From an uncultured bacterium (GTDB lineage Bacteria; Acidobacteriota; Thermoanaerobaculia; Multivoradales; JAHZIX01), in NCBI GenBank assembly GCA_965368975.1, contig CBDUPA010000009.1, forward strand, positions 160,001 through 224,000: a DNA stretch of 64,000 nucleotides, given 5' to 3'. Below, in pieces: positions 9,645 through 19,001 of the stretch. The translations under genes and the position numbers were made by a program. Below the pieces are notes generated by a model. The model made no database searches, was not told the origin of the DNA, and worked only from the letters and a program-made list of their open reading frames with translations. The first letter of the stretch is position 1, and each line of letters opens with the position of its first letter.

Positions 9645-12469
9645 GCAGCACTGGCTTCTGCACCGAGCGCCTTCGCTGGCCGATCGGCGCTCGCGCCTAC
9701 GACCGCCCCGCCAGTCTCGCCCTGCGCCCACTCCGCCACATTGCCATCGAGATCGAACACGGGATCATCGCCTTTACCGGGCAAGCTACCCACCGGCAGC
9801 AACAGTTTGCCGCGGTCGCCCAGAACGCTCTCTACTTCGTCCAGCAAACGCTCTGCGTCCTCCGGGTTGGGGCTGTAGCCGGCCCAGTGGTCCAGCGTAT
9901 TGCCCCCCTTGCCCGCCGCCGACGCCAGGCGCTTGGCCTCGCGCTCGGTCGGCAACCGGAACGGCCGTCCCGTTCTCTGCTGCAGCCAGTCGGCATACGC
10001 CTTCGCCTGCTCGTAGCTGACGCCCGCCACCGGCAGATCCTGGTTGCCTGCTTCCACCGCCTCGCCGCTGAACGCCGCCCACTGGGCGCGCGTCACCTCG
10101 AAGCGGCCCACTTCCATCCCGGCGAAGTGCACCGTCTCTGGGCAAAGAACACCGCCGCTGTGCACGCCAACCCCCTCCTCACTGTGCGCCACTCGTTGCC
10201 GACCCAGCAGACCGGCCAGTCGTGAATCCGCACGCAACCATGGCCGCGAGGACTGCTCCCTGCCGAACAGGTAACGGTCGAACCAGGCCAGGTCCTCTTC
10301 GACCTTGCGCTGCCGGTGCATCTGCTTCTGCAGCGTGTGGGGTTCATTCGGGAACAGCACCAGGCGCACCGGCGTCCGCTCCAAGTACTGCAACGCGCGG
10401 AACAGGTTCCAGCTCTGGTGCGGCGGAACAGCACGATCCGCCGTGCCGGCAAAGACGATGGTCGGGGTCGTGACCTCCCTGAGCCGGAAGAAGGGAGACT
10501 TCTCGAGGTAGGTTTCGACCTCCTCCCACGGCGGGCCACCGAAATAATAGTTGTCGAAAGCGGCACCAAAGTCGACGTTGGCCCAGTCGCTGAACCACTC
10601 CACATCCGCCGCACCGATCGAGGCCGCGCGGTAGCGGTCCGTGCGCGTCACCAAGTCGGCCGCCAGGATGCCACCGTTGCTCCAGCCAAACAGCGCCAGC
10701 CGCTCCGGGTCCGCAATGCCCCGCTCGATCATGGCGTCGACACCACGCTCGATGTCGACCGTCTCGAGATCGTAGTAGTTGCCGTCGCCGATCGACTCCA
10801 CCCACTCGAGTCCATACCCGGTACTGCCGTGGTAGTTCACCTGCAGCACAAAGGCGCCGCGCTGGCGGAACAGCAACAGTGGACCGCCAAAGCTCTGGCT
10901 CCACGTGTCCCGATCGGCCGAAGATGGGCCACCGTGAATGTCGACGATCAGCGGAGCTGGTCCCTCGGCGGACCCGCTCCGCGCAGCGGCTGGCGGACCC
11001 CCGGGCTGCGGCAGAGGCCAATGCAACAGGCCCTCGACCTGCTCACCCCTGGCTCCCGTCCAGCGCACCACCTCGACCTTGCCCGTCGGCTTGTCGCGGT
11101 AGTCGGGATTCAGGTCCGTCAACCTCCGCACCTCTTGCAACTGCCGATCGGCACATCTCGCCGTAAACCACTGCGGCGGCACGGTGGCTGTCGAGTGGCG
11201 ATACACCACGGTCGCCCCATCCCGGCTCACCAGCAGATCGTCCAGCCGCGAGACATGGGCCCCGGCCAGCGGCTGTCGCAGCCAACCACCGCCGCCAGAA
11301 TCCGCACCGGAATCACCGCCACCTCCCGTGTCGCGCGTGTAGAGCATCCCGACCCGCTCGACTCCCGCGGCCATGAGCGCGATCACCCCCCCCGGCACCG
11401 GCGCGATCACGCCATCCGTACCTGCCGGCCAGTCGAGCTCCACCTGCTCCGTCTCGCCGCTCGCGACATCGTGGTACCACACCTGTTCCACCGTCGCCAT
11501 CCGGTACTGCGCATGGTTGCTGAACTGGTTCAGCAAATAGAAACCCGCCGAGTCGGGGGCCCAGGCAAGACGTGTTGGCAGCAACCAGCGGTTGCGGGGT
11601 AGCTGCGGATCGTCGAACAGGCGGCTCAGCTCACCGCTCTCCAGATCCACCAGGTGCGTCTGTGGTGGAATCTTCTCATCGAAGTCGAAGCGCAGGCTCT
11701 GCTCCGCCACGACAACCGCATGCCGCCCATCCGGTGCCACCGCCAGCGTCTGGATGCGATCAGTGTTGTGGGTCAGCCGCTGGAGCTGCGCCCCCTCTTT
11801 TCGCGCTACCGAGAACAAGCGCACCGGCGGCTCGTTCTCTTCGTCGTCCACCACCGTCGAGGTATCGCCCCGCTTCTCGAGACTCGCTTCGTAGGCTGAG
11901 GGTAGCTCCTGAGCCATCACGACCAGCGTCTCGTCATCGCGCCAATCGAAGCCTCGAATGTCCCGCGCCGAGCGCGTCACCGGATAGGCCTCGCCTCCTG
12001 ACACAGGAATCACCCACAGCTGCGTCTTGGCCACGTCGCCATTGCCGTCGCTGCCCCCCGGCAGATCGCGCGTGCTGAGAAAAGCAACGTAGCGGCTGTT
12101 CGGAGAGAACGCAGGCACGCTGACGACCTGCTGTCCGCGTGTCAGCGCAATGGCGGGAAGTGCCGCGTTGGCTTCCGTCTCGGAGCTGGCGGGACCGAGA
12201 CGGCTCAGGCGCAGGTTCGACAACCGCTTCTCTTCGTCTTCGACCTTCACCACCGCCGTGTGGACCCACACGGCCAGCCGACCATCTGAAGACACCGCCC
12301 ATTGACTCGCGGTCTCGGCTGCTAGCAGGTCCTCAATCGTCCACGCCGCAGGCGACGGGTTGTGCGCTTGTCGTTGATGGTCCATTGCCAGAAGCCCGCA
12401 GTTGAAAGTGCCGTTGAGAAGTAGGAAGAACAGACTCCATACCGCCCGCACCAAGGCAGATCGCGACAT
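9590..12469 (-). CDS. Secreted S9 (prolyl-oligopeptidase-type) peptidase with C-terminal FGE/sulfatase-modifying-factor (CLec-fold) domain
   Basis: Beta-propeller repeats; IHGGP; nucleophile GWSNGG; D-RAVP; EPH. C-terminal FEVT...LPVAGVSY...RLPTE...DLDGNVAEW...GLRVV. Confidence 0.88.
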   Translation of the reverse strand: MSRSALVRAVWSLFFLLLNGTFNCGLLAMDHQRQAHNPSPAAWTIEDLLAAETASQWAVSSDGRLAVWVHTAVVKVEDEEKRLSNLRLSRLGPASSETEANAALPAIALTRGQQVVSVPAFSPNSRYVAFLSTRDLPGGSDGNGDVAKTQLWVIPVSGGEAYPVTRSARDIRGFDWRDDETLVVMAQELPSAYEASLEKRGDTSTVVDDEENEPPVRLFSVARKEGAQLQRLTHNTDRIQTLAVAPDGRHAVVVAEQSLRFDFDEKIPPQTHLVDLESGELSRLFDDPQLPRNRWLLPTRLAWAPDSAGFYLLNQFSNHAQYRMATVEQVWYHDVASGETEQVELDWPAGTDGVIAPVPGGVIALMAAGVERVGMLYTRDTGGGGDSGADSGGGGWLRQPLAGAHVSRLDDLLVSRDGATVVYRHSTATVPPQWFTARCADRQLQEVRRLTDLNPDYRDKPTGKVEVVRWTGARGEQVEGLLHWPLPQPGGPPAAARSGSAEGPAPLIVDIHGGPSSADRDTWSQSFGGPLLLFRQRGAFVLQVNYHGSTGYGLEWVESIGDGNYYDLETVDIERGVDAMIERGIADPERLALFGWSNGGILAADLVTRTDRYRAASIGAADVEWFSDWANVDFGAAFDNYYFGGPPWEEVETYLEKSPFFRLREVTTPTIVFAGTADRAVPPHQSWNLFRALQYLERTPVRLVLFPNEPHTLQKQMHRQRKVEEDLAWFDRYLFGREQSSRPWLRADSRLAGLLGRQRVAHSEEGVGVHSGGVLCPETVHFAGMEVGRFEVTRAQWAAFSGEAVEAGNQDLPVAGVSYEQAKAYADWLQQRTGRPFRLPTEREAKRLASAAGKGGNTLDHWAGYSPNPEDAERLLDEVESVLGDRGKLLLPVGSLPGKGDDPVFDLDGNVAEWAQGETGGAVVGASADRPAKALGAEASAAYVGLRVVVAEAGGGSGS

Positions 12470-12569
12470 CTCTTCCCTCCCCGAGTAAGTGGCTGAGTTC
12501 GGCCGCCGATCGCGGCTCCGAGGACAGGCCGCTGATCATATCCGATGACGTTGGTGGTATCCTCGCGGC

Positions 12570-14189
12570 GTGCAAGTGCTGGTCTCGAACTCCCCCCTGC
12601 GACTGATCTGCATCGCCCTCTGCCTCACGCTGGCGGGCCTGACTCTGGCAGGGCTTTCGTCCCTGCAGGCCCAAATACCGCCCCCCGCGGGCCCCGCCTC
12701 GACACCAGCGGACGCGAGCAGCGAGTCTGTCGAAGCCCACGATGGCGCCGGCCTGCGGCCCACCGCCTCCTTGTTGCTGGATGGTCGTCAGCACCGCCTG
12801 CCGGTCACCCTGTCGGAAGTCGGCCCTCTCTTTGCCCTCGAACCTCTCCTCGCCTGGTTGGGCGGCGAACTCGAGCCAGGCGCTTACGACGAAGGCTTCA
12901 CGCTGACCCTGCGTGGCACCGCCCTGAGCTTCGGCCCGGAGAGCCAGGCGATCACCCGTGGCGAGATCATCCTGCCGCTGTCCCAGACGCCGCTGGAACA
13001 TGTCAACGGCCTCATGGTACCGCTCGATTTCCTGCGCCTGACCTTCGGCGGCCACCTCGGCTACCGTTTCGACTGGGATGCCACCGCCTGGCAGCTGCGC
13101 ATCGAGGCCTACGAGCCGCAAGAGGTGCAGATCGATGCCACGCTGCTGCATCTGAGCGGCGTCTCGACCCTGTCGCTGCGCTTCCGCTCTCAAGGCCGAC
13201 CGACCGCCGTCCGGTACCGCCTGCAGGACGTGGCCGAGGGGTTGAGCCTCCTTCTGCTCGATGATCGCATCGCCGCCGGCAACCGGCCGCCGCACACCGA
13301 CCCGTTGATTGACGGTGTCCTCTTCAGCAGCAGCACCGTCACCATCGTGGCACCTGCGGATGTGTTAGCCACCCGCCGGCCCGCGGACTCGGGTACCGCC
13401 GAGCAGCTGGTCTTCGAATTCGAGCGCGGCCGCGCGCCGCAGCCAGCCTTGAGCGAGACACAACCACAGCTCGTGCCACCGCCGAGCCGTTCCGTGGGCA
13501 TTGGGCGCATCGTCATCGATCCGGGGCACGGCGGTAGCGAATCCGGCGCCATCGGACCCAGCGGCGCGATGGAGAAGGACCTCGCGCTGCAGCTGGCCCG
13601 TCAGCTGGCCTCGCAGCTGAGCCGGCGGATGAACGTCAAGGTGCTGCTGACGCGCGATGGCGACGAGAACCTATCGCGCGAGGCCCGCACTGCGTTCGCC
13701 AACTTCCAGAAGGCCGACCTCTTCATCTCCCTGCACCTGAATTCTTCCTATGGTCGCGGAGCCCAAGGAGCCGAAACCTACATCCTGAGCCAGGAAGCCA
13801 GCGACGAGCGTGCCGCGGCGGCCGCCGCGACGGAGAACAGCTCTCCCAATGCAGCCGGCTCCGGAGATCCGCTCGAAGACCTCCAGCTCATCCTGTGGGA
13901 CATGGCACAGAGCTACCATCTCGGCGAGAGTCAACGCCTGGCCAACTTCATCCAGCAGGAACTCAACGACGCCATGGGACTGCGTGACCGTGGAGTCAAG
14001 CAGGCACCGTTCCGCGTCCTGATGGGGGCCGCGATGCCAGCCGTGCTGGTCGAACTGGGCTTCATCAGCAATCCCCAGGAAGAAGCGCGACTGCAGGACC
14101 CTGCCTACCAAGCGCAGCTCGCCGCGGCCCTGACGCGGGCGATCATGCGCTACCGTGCCCAAGCGCAGAGCGGAGCCGGTGCGCCATGA
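12570..14189 (+). CDS. N-acetylmuramoyl-L-alanine amidase (Amidase_3) with N-terminal targeting domains
   Basis: Signal peptide; IDPGHGG, EKDLAL, FISLHLN, PAVLVELGFISN. Confidence 0.93.
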   Translation: MQVLVSNSPLRLICIALCLTLAGLTLAGLSSLQAQIPPPAGPASTPADASSESVEAHDGAGLRPTASLLLDGRQHRLPVTLSEVGPLFALEPLLAWLGGELEPGAYDEGFTLTLRGTALSFGPESQAITRGEIILPLSQTPLEHVNGLMVPLDFLRLTFGGHLGYRFDWDATAWQLRIEAYEPQEVQIDATLLHLSGVSTLSLRFRSQGRPTAVRYRLQDVAEGLSLLLLDDRIAAGNRPPHTDPLIDGVLFSSSTVTIVAPADVLATRRPADSGTAEQLVFEFERGRAPQPALSETQPQLVPPPSRSVGIGRIVIDPGHGGSESGAIGPSGAMEKDLALQLARQLASQLSRRMNVKVLLTRDGDENLSREARTAFANFQKADLFISLHLNSSYGRGAQGAETYILSQEASDERAAAAAATENSSPNAAGSGDPLEDLQLILWDMAQSYHLGESQRLANFIQQELNDAMGLRDRGVKQAPFRVLMGAAMPAVLVELGFISNPQEEARLQDPAYQAQLAAALTRAIMRYRAQAQSGAGAP

Positions 14190-14803
14190 GGCCACCGCGG
14201 AACCCAGGGGAGCCAGCGCAGCCGTCGGACCTGCAACGCTTGCTCCGGCGGCCGGCGGTCTGGATCAGCATTACCACCCTCCTGCTGCTTGCGTTGCTCA
14301 TCTGGCTGTGGCCTGGCGGCACACTGCCAGACCCGGATGATCCGGACGCCGCGACCGACCCGGTCCAGCTGGTGCAGGAACAGCGCCCGGTCGAACTCTT
14401 CTTTCCCACCGCCGGCACCCGCTTACGCACAGAAGCGCGCTCGATCACGGTGCGCGACCGGCCCGAAGCAGAAGTCCGCGCCATTATTGAACAGCTACTG
14501 CTCGGCCCCGAAAGCACCAACCTCTTCCGGCCGCTACCCCAAGGCATCGAGCTGGTCGCCGTCTACCTGAAAGGCGGTGTCGCCTACCTCGACCTGCACC
14601 GTCCCGAGACCGTGCCGCCGCTCGCCGTCGGTTCGAATCAGGAACGGCAAGCGGTCTTCAGCCTCGTCAACTCCGTGGTCACCAACGTGCCCGACGTCGG
14701 ATCGGTCGTGTTGCTGTGGGAGGGTCGCCAATGGCCGACCTTTGCCGGCCACCTCGACACCAGCTTGCCACTGACCGCGAACATGCGCCTGGTCACGCGC
14801 TGA
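14186..14803 (+). CDS. GerMN-domain membrane-anchored protein
   Basis: TM helix; IEQLLLGP, GVAYLD, VFSLVNS, V-x-L-x-x-EG. ATGA overlap with the amidase stop. Confidence 0.8.
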   Translation: MRPPRNPGEPAQPSDLQRLLRRPAVWISITTLLLLALLIWLWPGGTLPDPDDPDAATDPVQLVQEQRPVELFFPTAGTRLRTEARSITVRDRPEAEVRAIIEQLLLGPESTNLFRPLPQGIELVAVYLKGGVAYLDLHRPETVPPLAVGSNQERQAVFSLVNSVVTNVPDVGSVVLLWEGRQWPTFAGHLDTSLPLTANMRLVTR

Positions 14804-14862
14804 CGTCGCGCGGCCGAATACTTCGCGCCGCTCTCCAAGCCACGCGCCCCGGCAGAGCCCGC

Positions 14863-15465
14863 TCAGCCTCCGCGAGATCGGAACCGCGCCACGTCTGCCG
14901 GCGTGTTGATATTGACCAACTCGGCCGGCCCCGCGTCCACCGCTCGCCAACGTACCTCCCGGCACTTCGCCAGCTTGCGCAAGGCGAAGTGCCCCTCGGA
15001 CACCTGCTGCGCCAGGGCCGCCAGAACGGCTGGGCGGTAGAGCGCGCACAGCGGCTGCAGCCCATCGTCATCGCGCGTCAGGACCCAGGACACGCCAGGA
15101 TCCTCGGCAGCGACCGCCAGCACGCGCCGCAGGAGCGCCGCATCGGCCGCCGGCAGGTCGCAGGCGAGCACCAGCAGCGAGGCCCGCGGAAACACGGCTG
15201 CCGCGCCCAGAATGCCCGCCGCCGGACCGGCGCCGGGACCATCAGCAACCGGCTGCGCCAGCGACCGGGCAACGAACTCTCGGCCCCGATCCGCGATCAG
15301 TACGCGCGAGCAGCACCGCTGCAACCGTCCCGCGGCCAGGGCCGCCAGCGTCGGTGCGTGCGGGTCGCCAGGATCGAGCACCAGCGCCGCCTTGTCGACG
15401 CCCATGCGCCGTGACGCCCCGCCCGCCAGCACCAGCCCAACCAGCTCTTCGCTCGCGCTTCTCAT
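14863..15465 (-). CDS. mobA: Molybdenum cofactor guanylyltransferase
   Basis: LAGGASRRMGVDKA, GPAAGI, ACDLP, QPLCALY, NINTPAD. Start taken at ATG 15465. Confidence 0.88.
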   Translation of the reverse strand: MRSASEELVGLVLAGGASRRMGVDKAALVLDPGDPHAPTLAALAAGRLQRCCSRVLIADRGREFVARSLAQPVADGPGAGPAAGILGAAAVFPRASLLVLACDLPAADAALLRRVLAVAAEDPGVSWVLTRDDDGLQPLCALYRPAVLAALAQQVSEGHFALRKLAKCREVRWRAVDAGPAELVNINTPADVARFRSRGG

Positions 15466-15627
15466 TCTCGGCTCTCTCCTTGCACTCAGGCTCGGTTCTG
15501 CGACGCAGCTCTTCCGACGGACCAGCCCACAGGGCCACCTCTTGACCTGCCGCGAGAACCTGACAGGATTGGGGCTTCGCCGCTCGCCCCTATTCAACCC
15601 GCGCCCGACGAGAGATTACCGCAAGCG

Positions 15628-17994
15628 ATGTCGACAGCCCTTACGCCCTCCGCCTCTTCGACCACCTGCCCGCTCGAAAACCGCTTCATCGAGCAGATCG
15701 CCCAGGAGATCGCCTGCCGCCCGCGGCAGGTGCGCGCTGCCGCCGACCTCTTCGCCGACGGCGCCACCGTACCGTTCGTCGCCCGCTACCGCAAGGAAGT
15801 GACAGGCGGCCTGCTCGACGAGCAGCTGGAAGTTCTGGCCAAGCGCCGCGAGTACTTCCTGGAACTGAGCCAGCGCCGCGACACCATCCTGGAGAGCATC
15901 GCCGAGCAGGGCAAGCTGACCGACGAGCTGGCCGCCGCCATCCGTGCCGCCGGCAGCAAGCAGGAACTCGAAGACCTCTACCTGCCCTACAAGAAGAAGC
16001 GCCGCACGCGGGCCCAGATCGCCCGCGAGCGCGGCCTCGAACCTCTCGCCGAGGCGCTGCTGGACGCCGCGCGCAAGGGAGCGGCCGTCGGTGGTGCCAG
16101 CTCGCCAGCGGACCTGGCCGCCACCTATGTCGACGTCGATAAGGAAATCCCGGACGCCGACATCGCCCTCGCTGGCGCGCGCGACATCCTGGCCGAACAG
16201 CTGGCCGAGAACGCCGAGCACCGCGCCGGCCTGCGCAACATCCTGCGCCGCGAGAGTGTGCTGCAGGTGCGTGTGATCAGCGGTAAGGAAGAGGAGGGCG
16301 CGGTCTACCGTGACTACTTCGAGTACCGCGAGCCGGCACGCGAGGTCGCCTCCCACCGCATGTTGGCCGTCCTGCGCGGCGAGCGCGAGGGCGTGCTGCT
16401 GAGCGACCTGGAACTGGACGACGACGCACGCACCGCGGAGCTGGCCGCCAGCTGGGGCGCACCGCTGAGCACACCGTGGGGCGAGCAGCTGCGCCTGGCC
16501 ACTGCGGATGGCTACAAGCGCCTGCTGCGACCCTCGATCACCAACGAGGTGCGCTCGGAACTACGCCAACAGGCTGAGACAGAGGCGATCAACGTCTTCC
16601 GCGCCAACCTCGAAGCGCTACTGCTGCAAGCGCCGCTGGGACAGCTGGCCGTCATGGGCCTCGATCCCGGTCTGCGCACCGGCTGCAAGCTCGCGGTGGT
16701 GGATCGCACCGGCCGCGTCGCGCACACCGCCACCATCTTCCCGATCCCGCCGCGACCGCGCGAAGCCGAGGCGAGCCAAGAAATCCTCTCGGCCCTCAAG
16801 CGCTTCGAGATCAAGGCCGTGGCGATCGGCAACGGCACCGGCAGTCGCGAGACGGAAGCCTTCGTGCGCCGTATCGTCCAGGAGGCCTCTGCCGCGGATA
16901 CACAACTCCAGGGGATCACCGTCGCCATCGTGCCCGAAACCGGCGCCTCGGTGTACTCGGCGTCCGAGACCGCTCGCCAGGAGCTGCCGGATCTCGACGT
17001 CTCGCTGCGCGGAGCCGTGTCGATCGCCCGCCGGCTGCAGGACCCGCTCGCCGAGCTGGTCAAGATCGAGCCCAAGTCGCTGGGCGTCGGCCAATACCAG
17101 CACGATGTCGACCAGCGTTCGCTGGCGCAGGAACTCGACCTGGCGGTCGAGGGCGCGGTCAACCGGGTCGGCGTCGAGCTGAATACGGCATCCGCCTCAC
17201 TTCTGCGCCGCATCTCGGGCCTCACCGACCGCCTGGCACGAGCGGTGATCGAGTACCGGGACATCCACGGCGCCTTCGATTCGCGCAAGACTCTCCTCTC
17301 CGTACCCGGGCTCGGCCCCAAGACCTTCGAGCAGGCCGCCGGCTTCCTGCGCGTGCGCGAGGGCAAGCATCCACTCGACCGCACCGCCGTGCATCCAGAG
17401 CGCTACACGGTGGTCGAGCGCATGGCACAAGCGATGAACGTGCCGCTGGAAGAGCTGGTGGGCAACCACCAGCTGGTCTCCCGTCTCGACCTCTCGACCT
17501 TCGAGGATGCCGATCAAGGCCTCGGCAGCTACACCCTCCAGGACATTCGCGACGAGCTGGAGAAGCCGGGGCGCGATCCGCGACCGGAGTTCAAGGCCCC
17601 GGAGTGGCGCGCCGACGTGGTCAGCGTCGCTGATCTGCAGCCCGGCATGATCCTCGAAGGCCGCGTCTCCAACGTCACCAACTTCGGTGCCTTCGTGGAC
17701 ATCGGCGTCAAGCGCGACGGCCTGGTGCACCTGAGCGAGCTCTCCTCTTCTTGGGTCGACGACCCGCGCACGGTGGTCAAGGTCGGGCAGATCGTCAAGG
17801 TCAAGGTGCTGGAGGTCGACCGTCAGCGCGAGCGCATCGGCCTGTCGATCAAGGCCCTGCAAGGCGGCTCCTCCGCGCCCTCGGGGAACCGTCCCGAGGG
17901 CAGCCGCACCGCCGGTGGCCGCACGTCGCGACCGCCGGCAACACAGAAACCCGCCAGCGTCCAGGACTTGATGCGTAGATTCAACAAGCGTTGA
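15628..17994 (+). CDS. tex: Tex-family RNA-binding transcriptional accessory protein
   Basis: GATVPFVARYRKE, LEDLYLPYKKKRRT, GLDPGLRTGCK, RRLQDPLAELVKI; C-terminal S1 domain (NVTNFGAFVDIG). Confidence 0.95.
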   Translation: MSTALTPSASSTTCPLENRFIEQIAQEIACRPRQVRAAADLFADGATVPFVARYRKEVTGGLLDEQLEVLAKRREYFLELSQRRDTILESIAEQGKLTDELAAAIRAAGSKQELEDLYLPYKKKRRTRAQIARERGLEPLAEALLDAARKGAAVGGASSPADLAATYVDVDKEIPDADIALAGARDILAEQLAENAEHRAGLRNILRRESVLQVRVISGKEEEGAVYRDYFEYREPAREVASHRMLAVLRGEREGVLLSDLELDDDARTAELAASWGAPLSTPWGEQLRLATADGYKRLLRPSITNEVRSELRQQAETEAINVFRANLEALLLQAPLGQLAVMGLDPGLRTGCKLAVVDRTGRVAHTATIFPIPPRPREAEASQEILSALKRFEIKAVAIGNGTGSRETEAFVRRIVQEASAADTQLQGITVAIVPETGASVYSASETARQELPDLDVSLRGAVSIARRLQDPLAELVKIEPKSLGVGQYQHDVDQRSLAQELDLAVEGAVNRVGVELNTASASLLRRISGLTDRLARAVIEYRDIHGAFDSRKTLLSVPGLGPKTFEQAAGFLRVREGKHPLDRTAVHPERYTVVERMAQAMNVPLEELVGNHQLVSRLDLSTFEDADQGLGSYTLQDIRDELEKPGRDPRPEFKAPEWRADVVSVADLQPGMILEGRVSNVTNFGAFVDIGVKRDGLVHLSELSSSWVDDPRTVVKVGQIVKVKVLEVDRQRERIGLSIKALQGGSSAPSGNRPEGSRTAGGRTSRPPATQKPASVQDLMRRFNKR

Positions 17995-18096
17995 GGTGTG
18001 TCGTCGACAGCGCACGCTCGGAGACGGTATCGTGACCCGCACGCGCAACCGCGACACACAGAAGTCGTCGCAAGAACACAAGGGGCAAGGGACACC

Positions 18097-18933
18097 GTGA
18101 AGCGAGCCGACAGCATCGAAATCGAAGGCGTCCTACTGCACCTGTCCTCGCCGGTCGAGGAGGTGCCGCCCTGGGTCGGTCAGAGCGAGGTGCTGCACCA
18201 GCTGCTGGCCGCCTGGTCCCGCATCGACGACGAAGATCTACCGCTCAACCCGCGACTGCTGGGCAAGCCCGGCGTCGGCAAAACCAGCTTGGCCTGCGCC
18301 GCCGCACACCAGCTCGGTCTCGACATCTACATCATGCAGGCGACCATGGACACGCGTCCCGAGGACTTGATCGTGGCGCCCGTCCTCGATCCCAGCGGTG
18401 GCATCCGCTACATGGCGTCGCCACTGGTGACCGCCATGACCTGCGGCGGCGTGCTGGTGCTCGACGAAGGCAACCGCATGAGCGAGAAGAGCTGGGCCAG
18501 CCTGGCACCTCTGCTCGATCATCGCCGCTACGTCGAGAGCGCGGTCGCCGGCGTCAAGATCCATGCTGACGCCGACTTCCGCTTCGTCACTACGATGAAC
18601 GAGGACGCCTCGACCTACGAGGTGCCCGAGTACATCCACTCACGGCTGATGCCGCAGATCTACGTCGACTTCCCAGACGAAGACGACGAACGCACCATTC
18701 TCGAGACCCAGGTCCCCTTCGCCGATGGCGAGGTGGTGGCCTACGTCCTCTCCTTCCTGCGCGCCGCACACGAAGCCGACCTCAGCTACTCCGTCCGCGA
18801 TGGCATCAACATCGTGCGCTACGCAATGAAAGTGCTGCACCGCCAGGAGGCAGAATCGGCCGTCGAGGCGGTGAGCATCGCGTTGCAGTTGGGAATCGGC
18901 GCCGAGGAGGCCGCTCAGTTCGAAATCCAGTAG
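18097..18933 (+). CDS. MoxR/CbbQ-type AAA+ ATPase (short, AAA_5-like)
   Basis: Walker A GKPGVGKT; Walker B LVLDEGNR; sensor TTMN; SRL Arg finger; SVRDG. GTG 18097 preferred over 17998. Confidence 0.85.
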   Translation: MKRADSIEIEGVLLHLSSPVEEVPPWVGQSEVLHQLLAAWSRIDDEDLPLNPRLLGKPGVGKTSLACAAAHQLGLDIYIMQATMDTRPEDLIVAPVLDPSGGIRYMASPLVTAMTCGGVLVLDEGNRMSEKSWASLAPLLDHRRYVESAVAGVKIHADADFRFVTTMNEDASTYEVPEYIHSRLMPQIYVDFPDEDDERTILETQVPFADGEVVAYVLSFLRAAHEADLSYSVRDGINIVRYAMKVLHRQEAESAVEAVSIALQLGIGAEEAAQFEIQ

Positions 18934-19001
18934 TCCCCACGCTACGGGCCACCACCTTCCGCGCCGATGAACTGGCCCCGGAAGCCGTCCCCGGCATCCG
19001 C

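Noticed and set aside
9590-9760. CLec/FGE C-terminus as a diversity-generating retroelement target
   Set aside because: No reverse transcriptase and no template-repeat copy seen in the window.
18904-18935. Programmed -1 frameshift fusing the AAA ATPase to its partner (internal GAGGAGG near the stop)
   Set aside because: No canonical X XXY YYZ slippery heptamer, and GAGGAGG simply encodes Glu-Glu; kept only as a start-site ambiguity.
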